Assembly (NCBI GenBank): GCA_913049555.1
Contig: CAJWYM010000004.1
Span: forward strand, 15,509 to 79,508
Direction: 5' to 3'
Length of the DNA: 64,000 nt
Source of the DNA: an uncultured Opitutia bacterium
Lineage (GTDB): Bacteria > Verrucomicrobiota > Verrucomicrobiia > Opitutales > CAJWYM01
Below are positions 9,264 through 19,006 of the stretch, piece by piece. The first letter of the stretch is position 1; every line of letters begins with the position of its first letter. Both the position numbers and the translations under genes were made by a program. The notes beneath the pieces were generated by a model. It saw only the letters and a list, made by a program, of their open reading frames with translations. It did not search any database and was not told the DNA's origin.

Positions 9264-9701
9264 GGGGTATAGTAGAATTTACAATGAATAGAAAAGAATA
9301 ATTAACGACACAATTTACGAATTGTCAAATCATTGTTCTCCTTGATGATCTCTAGAATCCGTGTTTTTAATCCATCCTTTTAAGGCATTTGGACACTCTT
9401 TAGCCAACTATTCTTTAGGGTCTCTATTAGGCTCAATTAGATAAGTCTTTGAAAGCGCTATCAAAGCACAAAATTTGAGACCCCTTTAAATTCAAGAGTG
9501 CCTGCAAATTCATACCGACAAACCAAACAAATACCAATAGCTACATTCAATACTTTAAAAATTAAAATTGGATGAAACTAAAGAACTCAATCCTTTTGGT
9601 TTCTGCTTTCTAGATCATATCAACAAAGAGACATGCATAAAAGAAAACTTAAAATGCAAGCGTTTGAAGGAGGTAATTCATTTTGAGAGAATCAGTAAAG
9701 T

Positions 9702-10607
9702 TTAAGATTTATGCATAAACTCTCTCAATATCTCCATTTTTTTCTTTTGCAGTTCTGCTTCCTTTAAATCTTCGGCAGTGTGTTGAACTTCTTTTTTTGC
9801 CATTTTCTTTTTCAATTTTTTCAAGGCAGTGAACTGCAACTGTCGAACTCTCTCTCGCGTAATGCTGAAATGATTGCCCACTTCCTCTAGAGTTTTTGCT
9901 GCAATTCCATCCAAACCAAACCGCATTCGAATTATTTGAGCTTCGCGAGGATCCAACTGATTCAAAATACGATGCACATCATTGATTTGGGTTTTATTAC
10001 TCAAAGAATCCAATGGATTGATTGCTTTTTCATCTCCAACAAGTTGACCTAACTCGGTTTCTTCACCATCTCCGACGGGGGCATCTAAAGAGGAAGGACG
10101 AACCGATACACTTTTTAAATGCGCTACTTTAGAAACGGAAATTCCTAAATTGACAGAAACCTCCTCATTTGTGGGTTCTCTTCCTAATTCTTCGTTCAAG
10201 CGATTGATTTCTTTTCGCATTTTTGAGATTTTATCCACCATGTGAACAGGAAGTCGAATGGTCTTACTTTGGTTGGCCAAAGCCCTTTTAATCGATTGCT
10301 TAATCCACCAAGAAGCATAGGTCCCCAATTTACCTCCTTTATTTGGGTCGAAACGCTCTACAGCTTTTACAAGTCCGATATTGCCTTCGCTGATTAAATC
10401 TAAAATAGGAAGTCCAAAATTATTGTAATCATAGGCAATTTTAACAACCAACCTCAAATTGGCTTTGATCATTCTCTCCCGTGCTTTTTCATCCCCTTGT
10501 TTGATTAGACCTGCTAAATCGATCTCCTCTTGAGGAGTTAATAAAGCGGTTTTACCAATTTCTTGGAGGTATATTTTGACTGAACTGTCTTCTCCGTAAT
10601 AAGCCAT
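9702..10607 (-). CDS. rpoD: Sigma-70 family RNA polymerase sigma factor, RpoD/SigA-like short form
   Basis: Starts at region 1.2 (VKIYLQEIGKTALLTPQEEIDLA). Region 2 is NLRLVVKIAYDY...GNIGLVKAVERFD...YASWWIKQSI. Region 4.2 is TLEEVGNHFSITRERVRQLQ. There is no region 1.1, and the C-terminal tail is Lys/Glu-rich. Confidence 0.88.
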   Translation of the reverse strand: MAYYGEDSSVKIYLQEIGKTALLTPQEEIDLAGLIKQGDEKARERMIKANLRLVVKIAYDYNNFGLPILDLISEGNIGLVKAVERFDPNKGGKLGTYASWWIKQSIKRALANQSKTIRLPVHMVDKISKMRKEINRLNEELGREPTNEEVSVNLGISVSKVAHLKSVSVRPSSLDAPVGDGEETELGQLVGDEKAINPLDSLSNKTQINDVHRILNQLDPREAQIIRMRFGLDGIAAKTLEEVGNHFSITRERVRQLQFTALKKLKKKMAKKEVQHTAEDLKEAELQKKKMEILREFMHKS

Positions 10608-11084
10608 TTAAATGAGGAAATTCTTGAATGAGGTAGTTGTGGACTGTATACTGCATTCTTTTATAAAGAAAGCAAGGCCTTCATTAAACTTTATTTATTC
10701 AATTTAAAGAAGCAAAAAAACTTAATATCATCCTTGAGAAATCACAGGCTCTTTTATTTCCAATTCATAATAAATCCGCCGAAAGTCTTTGTATTAAATT
10801 TTCATCTTAACTCCGATTTCTTCCAAATAATAACTGGAAATTTCATACAAAAAAAATTTAGGCTGATTTCCTTAATAACATGGAAAAGACAAGCACCGCC
10901 CTATTAGGAGATTTCATAATACATTTTAAAAGAGGGAATAAGTGAAAAAACGAACCATTAAAAGGGACATTTGGACTCCATAATTTATCAATGATTATTG
11001 TATTCGATTTAAATCTCATTAGGATGGATTTCCTTTTGATGATATTCGATAATTTTTAGACCGCAAAAGAACTTGAACCTCCAG

Positions 11085-12233
11085 ATGAATACAGAAATCA
11101 ACCAATTTGACATTGAAATAGATCGCACGAATACAGACAGCTTAAAATGGGAAAAATATGCAGGATCTGATATCTTGCCTTTATGGGTTGCTGATATGGA
11201 TTTCAAGGCATCTGATGCAATCATAAAAGCCCTCCACGAAAAAGTTGAATTTGGTATCTTTGGCTATACAAATGTTCCCGAAGAACTTAAGAGCACCCTT
11301 CAACAACGTCTGCTACATTTTTATAATTGGGAAACAAAAAAAGATTGGCAAGTATGGATGCCTGGGATGGTTCCGGGTCTAAATATTGCTTGCAGGGCCT
11401 ATGCCGAAGAAGGCGATGATGTCATTACAGGAATTCCCGTCTACCCTCCTTTTTTATTGGCTCCTGGTAATTTCAATCAAAACATCCTAAAAGTTCCTTT
11501 AATTGAAAAGAACAATGTCTGGAAATACGATCTTGAAGCGATGCGATCCATGGTGACTCCAAGAACAAAAATCTTTGAGCTTTGCAATCCGCACAACCCA
11601 GTAGGTCGAGTATTTTCCAAGCAAGAACTTCAGGATTTGGCTGATTTTTGCATGGAGGAAGACTTGGTTATTTGCTCCGATGAGATTCACTGCGAACTCG
11701 TTCTGGACAAAAACAAAAAGCACATCCCTACGGCCACACTTTCCCCTGAAATTGAAAGTCGAACCGTAACAATGATGGCCCCTAGCAAAACATTCAACAT
11801 TCCGGGATTTGGATGTTCACTGGCAATTATCTCGAATCCAAAACTGCGCAACCAGTTTAAAAAAGCTTTAGCAGGCATTGTTCCGGATGCAGCCGCTCTA
11901 GGTTACTACGCCGCTCTGGCTGCTTATAAAGACAGCGAAGTCTGGAGACAGGAACTTCTAGAATATTTGAGAAACAATCGAGATTACTTACTCAGAGAAT
12001 TTGAGAATATACCAGGCATAAAGATGTTTCCAGTTGAGTCCACTTACCTTGGATGGCTGGATGTTTCTGAACTGAATTTAGAGAATCCAGACAAATTCTT
12101 TGAAGATGCTGGAGTGGGACTCTCTGATGGCCGACCGTTTGGCATGACCGGTTATATGAGGATCAATTTCGGCTGTCCAAAATCTACCTTGGTTGAGGCA
12201 GTGAGGCGGATTAGAAAAGCACTGGTAGTTTAA
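11085..12233 (+). CDS. PatB/MalY-type PLP-dependent C-S lyase (cystathionine beta-lyase family aminotransferase)
   Basis: RTNTDSLKWEKY and LWVADMDF at the N-terminus, NPHNPVGR, and the SKTFNIPG lysine motif. ATG at 11085; the track start at 11073 is TTG. Confidence 0.85.
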   Translation: MNTEINQFDIEIDRTNTDSLKWEKYAGSDILPLWVADMDFKASDAIIKALHEKVEFGIFGYTNVPEELKSTLQQRLLHFYNWETKKDWQVWMPGMVPGLNIACRAYAEEGDDVITGIPVYPPFLLAPGNFNQNILKVPLIEKNNVWKYDLEAMRSMVTPRTKIFELCNPHNPVGRVFSKQELQDLADFCMEEDLVICSDEIHCELVLDKNKKHIPTATLSPEIESRTVTMMAPSKTFNIPGFGCSLAIISNPKLRNQFKKALAGIVPDAAALGYYAALAAYKDSEVWRQELLEYLRNNRDYLLREFENIPGIKMFPVESTYLGWLDVSELNLENPDKFFEDAGVGLSDGRPFGMTGYMRINFGCPKSTLVEAVRRIRKALVV

Positions 12234-12240
12234 CTAAATT

Positions 12241-13464
12241 CTAGACATATGCTTTTTTGACCTGAGAATTTACATAATATATGTAAATACAAAGATTGAT
12301 CAAAGAAAATAGAAAGAACCCCCAAGTCGATTCCGGAGAGATCCAACTGAATGGAACCTCCAGTCCAAAATTTTTGTAAAACTGAATCCATCGGCCTCGA
12401 AAAATAAAAAAACTGATCCCTGTCAAAACACAGGCAAGGCCGTAACACCCAAAACACAATTGAAAGTACCAAAGAGTCAACCTAGCTCGAGGGACTCCCA
12501 ACAAACTCAACTTTCTGAGATTGCTACCCGCACTTGAAATAAAAGATCGAATGGTCAACAGGCAAACCAATGAAGATAAAAAGGCAACCAATACTCCTAG
12601 AACAAAAGCACCAAAAATTGCCAACAAAACAAAGGAGTACACCCGACCTCTCGTTGCACCCTCATGATTGCTTTGCCAGGAATTGTTCTTTAAAAACTCA
12701 AAAAAAGAATCCTCCTTACTTCTGTCCAACCGGACCATCAAACGAGTCGGATTTTTATCTGAACCGACTTCTCCATACTTTTGATTCGCCCATTCCATAA
12801 ATGTCACTGGCACGATCAAACTATTGATTCTCTTACTAAATCCAACAATCCTACCCACTTTATTTTCCGAGGAACCCCGCCCTCCAATTCGAATATGCAG
12901 GTCTAGTTTCTTAGCCATATTTTCTGACAAATTGGGCAAGCCTCTACTGGGTGCAAAACCAAAGTTGTACAATGAAAAGAAGGTGTATGGAATTAAAACA
13001 GGCACAAAAGAGCTGGTCTCTTCTTTCCAGTTCCAATCCTTTGAATCTATAGGGATATCTATCATCAAGGGGTCGATACTTTCAAAAAATAAATCCACTG
13101 AATATCTTGCAAAACGAGCTCCTCCAATAGATAAGCTGGCATTGAAATCGTTTGAAACGAAGGGAACTGCCTTTTTTACAACATCGAGAGCGCTTATTTC
13201 ATCAATCTCCTCCGGTTGAAACCCCTGCTTTCTCAGTTTGAATGTATCCAACCAATCAATCGTTTTATTAACAATGTAATGACTTTCTCCATCCAAATCA
13301 TCTTGACGGTTCCAAGTGGAGAGATCTACATAGATTTGCATAGAAACGAGGAGAATAAAAAGAGAAAAATAAAACCCTAAAAAAGCAAAACATAAAAAAA
13401 ACAAAGGTTTTTTCTCTGCCAATAAGAGACGAACTGTAGATCTAAAGCTTAAATTTAGCATCAT
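12241..13464 (-). CDS. ABC transporter permease, FtsX/MacB-like (one N-terminal TM, a large periplasmic domain, three C-terminal TMs)
   Basis: Topology read from the hydrophobic segments. The gene overlaps the upstream ATPase gene by 23 nt. Confidence 0.7.
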   Translation of the reverse strand: MMLNLSFRSTVRLLLAEKKPLFFLCFAFLGFYFSLFILLVSMQIYVDLSTWNRQDDLDGESHYIVNKTIDWLDTFKLRKQGFQPEEIDEISALDVVKKAVPFVSNDFNASLSIGGARFARYSVDLFFESIDPLMIDIPIDSKDWNWKEETSSFVPVLIPYTFFSLYNFGFAPSRGLPNLSENMAKKLDLHIRIGGRGSSENKVGRIVGFSKRINSLIVPVTFMEWANQKYGEVGSDKNPTRLMVRLDRSKEDSFFEFLKNNSWQSNHEGATRGRVYSFVLLAIFGAFVLGVLVAFLSSLVCLLTIRSFISSAGSNLRKLSLLGVPRARLTLWYFQLCFGCYGLACVLTGISFFIFRGRWIQFYKNFGLEVPFSWISPESTWGFFLFSLINLCIYIYYVNSQVKKAYV

Positions 13465-14071
13465 AATTCATCCCATAATCCTCCTCCAATGAAAAAAGCA
13501 TCATACCGGCATTTTTTTGATGGGTCACTTCTAGGATTAAGCTTTTAACCGGCTCGATCGTTTCATAATCCAGATGGCTGAAAGGTTCATCCATCAATAG
13601 AAAAGAATAGGGTTTGGCCAAGGCCCTGAGGATTGCAACTCTCTGTTTTTGACCTTTAGATAAGGAAGAACAGGTCGTTCTCCAATGAAATCCAATTCCA
13701 ACTCGATCCGCCCAATCTTGATAAATCTCCTCATTTTTTGATGAATTTTCTAACATTTGAACATTTTCTTGAACGGTCAAATTTTCAAACAGCTCGAGCT
13801 CTTGAAACACAAAACTCATCCTATTTGTGCGATATTCTAAAACTTCCCTCTGGGAAAAAGATTCTATAGGTCTGCCATCCCATGAGATGACTCCCGTATA
13901 TGAAATTTTCAAACCACATAGGAGGTTGAATAGCGTTGATTTACCCGCTCCAGAGGGTGCCGTTATAAGGTAACTTTTTTCAGAACAGAAACTCAATTCT
14001 TTCCCCCATATATCAGAACGATCGGTTTCCCAAATAAAAGGGGAATTTAATTGTTTAATATGGATTTGCAT
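13442..14071 (-). CDS. ABC transporter ATP-binding protein
   Basis: Walker A is APSGAGKST, signature is LSKGQKQRVAI, Walker B is LLMDEPFSHLD. ATG at 14071; the track start at 14110 is TTG. Confidence 0.88.
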   Translation of the reverse strand: MQIHIKQLNSPFIWETDRSDIWGKELSFCSEKSYLITAPSGAGKSTLFNLLCGLKISYTGVISWDGRPIESFSQREVLEYRTNRMSFVFQELELFENLTVQENVQMLENSSKNEEIYQDWADRVGIGFHWRTTCSSLSKGQKQRVAILRALAKPYSFLLMDEPFSHLDYETIEPVKSLILEVTHQKNAGMMLFSLEEDYGMNYDAKFKL

Positions 14072-14264
14072 CACAGTGAATACTAAAGATCTCTCCGACA
14101 AAATAGACAATTACAAATCGATAAAAAGCCTAGGAAAATGGATTTTGCAAGAGGTTGGCAAGTTAATTGCTTTTATATGATTTCTTGTAACATACAGGCA
14201 TATTTTACCAGACAGCTTTCCATTAAAAAAATCACTTAATTTTCAATAACGAACCCAAACGCAT

Positions 14265-15647
14265 ATGTCCTCAGGATTAATCGGCAGTATTTACAAAAAT
14301 GCGCAAGCACTCAACTACCATCAAAGAAATGTTGAGATTAATGGAAATAATTTAGCCAATGTAAACAATCCAGAATATGCTCGGCAAAGAACTCTGCTAA
14401 AGAACGGATACATGACCGGATCTCGGTATGGTTTAGAAACCAGTGCGATTGAATCCGATGGTTTGGAGCATTTGCGAGACAAGCTTCTAGACAACCAAAT
14501 CACCAAACAAATTTCCACTACGGAATCCCTAAAGGAACAAGCGGAGTTGGTAAACTTAATGACTGCCGTGATTGCCGAGGAAATCCGCAGAGCCGAAGAA
14601 CCCCAAAGCTTAGATGGTGCTCAAGAGGAACAAATCGACACTGGCACGATCTCCCGAGCAATCGACCGTTTTTTCAATTCTTGGCACGAACTTTCAGCAG
14701 ATCCAAACAACATAGCAGCCAAGCAGGTGGTTTACAGCGAAACCGAAGCTATGATCCAAACTTTCAGTGTTACTGGAGAAAGACTCACGAACCTCAAAAC
14801 AAACTTTGAAACATTGAGTGCGGATGCTAACGACAAGATCGATTCTCTACTCAATGAAATTGCTCAGTTAAACACACTGATTTCCAAAACTGAATTTATC
14901 AACCAAGGACAGGCGGTGACCTACAGAGATGACAGGCAGGCCGCTATAGAAGAACTGGCAACTTACATGGATGTCACCGTTTCAGAAGATCCTCTTGTCA
15001 ATGGTGCTGTTACAATCAAATCAGGTTCGACCGATTTTGAGTTGATCAATGCCGCCACTGGAAGAACTGGAGAGAAATTCGAAGATCAGGCTACTTCAGT
15101 TCTTTCCACTGGAGGGAAACTCCATGCCTATGCCCAAGTTACCAGTGCTACAGGTAGTCTGACCAATTTGATTACAAGCTTAACCAAATTGACCTCCACT
15201 ATAGTGACCGAGGTAAACACTGCCTACACTGGCTTTTTAGCTGGTACTACTATTGCCACCTTGGCCTTTGGGACTGGGATTAATAAAGCTTCTGACATAG
15301 CTGCATCTGCCAGCACATCGAGTTCAGGTGCAAATGATATTGCTTTGGCTGTCGCTGAAATTAAGGACAAAACGCACACAGGCTTAGACGAAATGAACAT
15401 GATTGACTACCTAAGTTCTAAAGTAGCTGAGTTTGGTTCACAAGGCAAGTTGATCAACGACAGCTTAGACCACCAGACAGATATCTTAGATTCCTTAAAA
15501 AACAATCGTCAATCAGTCAGTGGGGTCTCCATTGATGAAGAGGTTGCCAATATGATGGCCAACCAAAGAGCATTTCAGGCTTCTTCTAGAGTGATCACTA
15601 CCATAGACAGCTTACTGGATTTAGTAGTCAACGGCTTGATTCGTTAG
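14265..15647 (+). CDS. flgK: Flagellar hook-associated protein 1 (FlgK)
   Basis: The N-terminus (GLIGSIYKNAQALNYHQRNVEINGNNLANVNNPEYARQR) and C-terminus (SGVSIDEEVANMMANQRAFQASSRVITTIDSLLD) match the conserved FlgK/rod-hook termini. Confidence 0.88.
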   Translation: MSSGLIGSIYKNAQALNYHQRNVEINGNNLANVNNPEYARQRTLLKNGYMTGSRYGLETSAIESDGLEHLRDKLLDNQITKQISTTESLKEQAELVNLMTAVIAEEIRRAEEPQSLDGAQEEQIDTGTISRAIDRFFNSWHELSADPNNIAAKQVVYSETEAMIQTFSVTGERLTNLKTNFETLSADANDKIDSLLNEIAQLNTLISKTEFINQGQAVTYRDDRQAAIEELATYMDVTVSEDPLVNGAVTIKSGSTDFELINAATGRTGEKFEDQATSVLSTGGKLHAYAQVTSATGSLTNLITSLTKLTSTIVTEVNTAYTGFLAGTTIATLAFGTGINKASDIAASASTSSSGANDIALAVAEIKDKTHTGLDEMNMIDYLSSKVAEFGSQGKLINDSLDHQTDILDSLKNNRQSVSGVSIDEEVANMMANQRAFQASSRVITTIDSLLDLVVNGLIR

Positions 15648-15663
15648 TTTTACAGGATTTAAC

Positions 15664-15876
15664 ATGTCTTGGACAAGAAAAGTCAATTGGCACCCTCTGA
15701 CTCCCCTCTGCCTTTTTTTATTAGTTTTTTGGAAAGCATCCATTTCCTTTAAGGATTACAACTATCCCTGGCACACCTTTTTGTTCCTGAGTGTGTTATC
15801 AGTCTGGTTTTTACTGACTTTAGTCAATCTATTTACCAAACAAGGAATTACAAAGCGTCTCTACAACAATCATTAA
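15664..15876 (+). CDS. Possible small two-TM membrane protein
   Basis: 70-aa ATG ORF 16 nt after flgK with two hydrophobic stretches. There is no other support. Confidence 0.25.
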   Translation: MSWTRKVNWHPLTPLCLFLLVFWKASISFKDYNYPWHTFLFLSVLSVWFLLTLVNLFTKQGITKRLYNNH

Positions 15877-16329
15877 ATTTCTTCGTCTTACTAAGTCTAT
15901 TTTTAGCTACTGAAACTTTTAAGTGTTTGCATTTTTTGTAATCAAGCCGAGTATTATGATGCAGTTTTTGTTTGTCGATCGCTACCGTTCGATTCCTATT
16001 TTAATGGATGAACTGAGATAAAAGCAATTAAAGATGGATGCAATTGATAAATCGCAGGAAAATTTACAATTTAGCACAGGTCATTTTTATAAATTTTAAA
16101 AGCACCATTTAGCTATCTTTAGGCAAATCCAAAAAGGGAAAGATTGCCTCAATGATTCAAAGCTTTCAACGTGAAATAAAAAGAACCCACAAGACCCTGT
16201 ATCAGAGAACTAGCACTTTTGAGAACTGTAAACATGAACTAAAGTTGTGGAACTCTGATCAAAAATCTACAAAATTAAGAATGAAAAGAGACAGAGTAGA
16301 AAACAAAAATCAAATTCTCTGAAAATGAT

Positions 16330-17310
16330 TCAAACAGAACCTGACAAAACTTTCTTCACTTTTTTGTCTTTCTTGCGAGGAAACCAAGTTTTTAACTTAC
16401 CCTCTTTGTGGTTGTAAAATCTTAAACGGTAAGCCAAACGGTATTTTCCCAAACCCACCCACTTTAAAGGATAACTTAAGACCGCAAAAAGCATGATAAC
16501 CACAAAACTAACGTCAAATTCCCACCAACGGTGGCCATGGTTGACTGCAGATTGTGTATAATGATGATTGTTGTGCCATCCCTCACCGTATGCCAAAACA
16601 GCAACTACTGGATTATTACGACTTTCATCTGTAGTTTTATAATTCTTGTACCCCCAAATGTGAGAGGCAGAATTTACCATCCAGGTGGCATGAAGGACCC
16701 AAATCATTCTGAAAAAGAAACCCCACGCAACAAATGACATTGCCATGTAAGAGGCAGAATGAGCCTCTGAGAAATGCAAACCATAATAGTATCCAGTACC
16801 ATAAACGATCGCTAACAAACCAAGATGCCAAAAAAAGTAGGATTTCTCCAAAAATTGATAAAATGGAACCTTAACCAGATCCGGAGCCCACTTACCATAT
16901 AGAGCTCCGAGTTTGACTTTGTGTTGTTTAGGAAAGATCCAGAGCATGTGCGCCCACCAAAAGTTGTCAGTAATGGGACTGTGCGGATCCCCTTCTAAAT
17001 CGCTGAATTTATGATGCTTTCGGTGCAAGGCTACCCAAAAAACAGGAGGCCCTTCACCGGATAACAAACCCATCACCGCCAAAACTTTGTTCACCCACAT
17101 GGGGGAATCAAAGGAAGAGTGGGTAAGTTTACGATGATAACCAATCGTAACACCTAGTCCAGTAATCAAATAAAGAATTAAAAAAGAGACCACACCCGGC
17201 CAGGATGGATAAAGGATGCACAATACAACTGGAACAATGTGAACCACTGCCATAAATCCTATTACCGGCCACTCTACTCCCTTAGCAAAATAATTTTTTT
17301 CCTCACTCAT
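16330..17310 (-). CDS. Acyl-CoA/acyl-lipid (delta-9 type) fatty acid desaturase
   Basis: The three histidine boxes are GYHRKLTH, HRKHHKFSD and WHNNHH, with membrane helices between them. Confidence 0.9.
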   Translation of the reverse strand: MSEEKNYFAKGVEWPVIGFMAVVHIVPVVLCILYPSWPGVVSFLILYLITGLGVTIGYHRKLTHSSFDSPMWVNKVLAVMGLLSGEGPPVFWVALHRKHHKFSDLEGDPHSPITDNFWWAHMLWIFPKQHKVKLGALYGKWAPDLVKVPFYQFLEKSYFFWHLGLLAIVYGTGYYYGLHFSEAHSASYMAMSFVAWGFFFRMIWVLHATWMVNSASHIWGYKNYKTTDESRNNPVVAVLAYGEGWHNNHHYTQSAVNHGHRWWEFDVSFVVIMLFAVLSYPLKWVGLGKYRLAYRLRFYNHKEGKLKTWFPRKKDKKVKKVLSGSV

Positions 17311-17395
17311 ATCAAATTTCTCATATTACCACTTCTTTGTAACAAAGTCGATAAACATCGTTCAAAGATTTTAATTATAATAAATGCAGTTTTAT

Positions 17396-17740
17396 CTAAA
17401 TCCCAAATTTTTTTTTCATAAACTCATAGGCCTCATTCAATTCCGCAGTTTTTTTCTTTGCTAAATCTTGGAATTCGGGAGCCATGTTTTGGAGAGTGTC
17501 AGGATGGTACTTTCTAACTTTCTCCCGATACGCTTTCTTAATTTCTTCTTTTGTTACTTTTCCTGTGAGACCCAATACAGATCCATATTTTTTTAAATCA
17601 GAAGCCTCCACTTTACCCTCTGTTTGGGAACCCTCTTTAACTTTTTGGTTTGTTGCTTTTAAAAACTCAATCCAGATCATGCGAACCATTCTTAAAAATA
17701 GAACCAGAGCAATGACAAAGATAACTATACGTAGATACAT
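17396..17740 (-). CDS. Membrane-anchored J-domain (DnaJ-like) protein
   Basis: N-terminal TM (MYLRIVIFVIALVLFL) and a C-terminal J domain (YGSVLGL...IKKAYREKVRKYHPD...LNEAYEF). Start taken at the internal ATG at 17740. Confidence 0.75.
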   Translation of the reverse strand: MYLRIVIFVIALVLFLRMVRMIWIEFLKATNQKVKEGSQTEGKVEASDLKKYGSVLGLTGKVTKEEIKKAYREKVRKYHPDTLQNMAPEFQDLAKKKTAELNEAYEFMKKKFGI

Positions 17741-17921
17741 AAGCTTTATATTACACAGTCTGTTGTTTAAGAACAATTCTATTGATATAAATTTTGAATA
17801 TCCACAAAACATGAGTATGTTTAATTGGTACTTATTTCAGTTTTTTTTAATTAATATCCAGACTCACGACTCACAAATGAATTCATTTGTTAGAGTTGCG
17901 ATTATCCCCTAAAAATGAATT

Positions 17922-18239
17922 ATGGATATGTCTTTCTATCAGTATTTTGATTCCCTAGCCTACACAGGTTGGTATGAAAATGTTCTTAACTTCTATGACA
18001 AATCTTACTTGGCCTATGTAAAGGTAGGAGATGTTCATTTACTGTTTGGTTCCGTTCTTGATCTAACAGGACCTGAATTTGAAAATATTGAAGGGCATTT
18101 CGGTGATGACTTAGGAGTAAACTGGAGTTACTCAATTCAAGAAAATCTGAGTTTACAAATAGATGTGGGTTGCGACCTAGACTTTAGCTGTTTCATGAAA
18201 AATCCATCTGCAGGAATTTACCTCAATTACAATTATTGA
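17922..18239 (+). CDS. Hypothetical 105-aa protein with an outer-membrane-barrel-like aromatic C-terminus
   Basis: ATG ORF bounded upstream by TGA at 17916. It ends ...AGIYLNYNY and has no signal peptide. It could be a gene remnant. Confidence 0.3.
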   Translation: MDMSFYQYFDSLAYTGWYENVLNFYDKSYLAYVKVGDVHLLFGSVLDLTGPEFENIEGHFGDDLGVNWSYSIQENLSLQIDVGCDLDFSCFMKNPSAGIYLNYNY

Positions 18240-18562
18240 TAGTAAACCTCCAACAGAGGATCCTCGAGGGACTGTCATTTTTTTCAATCAATAGAACTTA
18301 ATATTTACTACTCCAGTCATAAAATTCTAAACAATTCCATAAATCTCTTAGATCCCTTTGAAAGAAATTCAGATCTCAGAAAGTGTTTTAGAAAGAAAGC
18401 GTTCATTGAAGATACCGCAGAACTCATAATAGTACTTGAAGCCACTTTTGCCCAATACGTCCAGCAAGAAAATGCTTTATTATGAGAAATAGGAAAAGGG
18501 GAAAGATTTGCTAGATCACATTATGCAAATCTTTTTAGCAAAATACATCCTTGGAAATTATC

Positions 18563-19006
18563 TTATTCAAGAGATGAATGGAAACGAACAAAATGAGCAC
18601 CATTGTCTATAAAAAGCTCCAATCTATAAATGGGACCGAACAATTCGTAGTTTAGATTTTCAGGCCACTCAACCAATACAACCCAAGGCTCTTGCAAAAA
18701 ATCTTCAATCATTAGAGCATCCAAAGCCTCTGGAGATTCCAAACGGTAAGCATCCATATGAATAATTTGTCTGGTTCCCTCATAGATATTCATTATGTTA
18801 TAGCTGGGACTTTTAACGACTTCTGTAATTCCCCAGGATCGGACCATTCCAGCCGCAAAAGAAGTTTTACCAACCCCCAATTCTCCACTCAGACCAACCG
18901 TGCAATTCGGAGGGAGTTGCAAGGCAAAATCTTGAGCAAGCTCTTGAGCTTGCTCCAAGCTTTTTGTTTCAATACTCTTCCCTTTGAATTGGTTAAAAAT
19001 GTTCAT
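18563..19006 (-). CDS. tsaE: tRNA threonylcarbamoyladenosine biosynthesis ATPase TsaE
   Basis: GELGVGKTSFAAGM P-loop and HMDAYRL. ATG at 19006 overlaps the thiL stop by 14 nt. Confidence 0.88.
   Translation of the reverse strand: MNIFNQFKGKSIETKSLEQAQELAQDFALQLPPNCTVGLSGELGVGKTSFAAGMVRSWGITEVVKSPSYNIMNIYEGTRQIIHMDAYRLESPEALDALMIEDFLQEPWVVLVEWPENLNYELFGPIYRLELFIDNGAHFVRFHSSLE

Noticed and set aside
14085-14125. A sigma-28-like promoter upstream of flgK (CAAA-N14/15-ATCGATAA versus TAAA-N15-GCCGATAA).
   Set aside because: The match is only partial (about 6/8 in the -10 element and 3/4 in the -35 element). It lies about 145 nt from the flgK ATG. No weight-matrix score could be computed.
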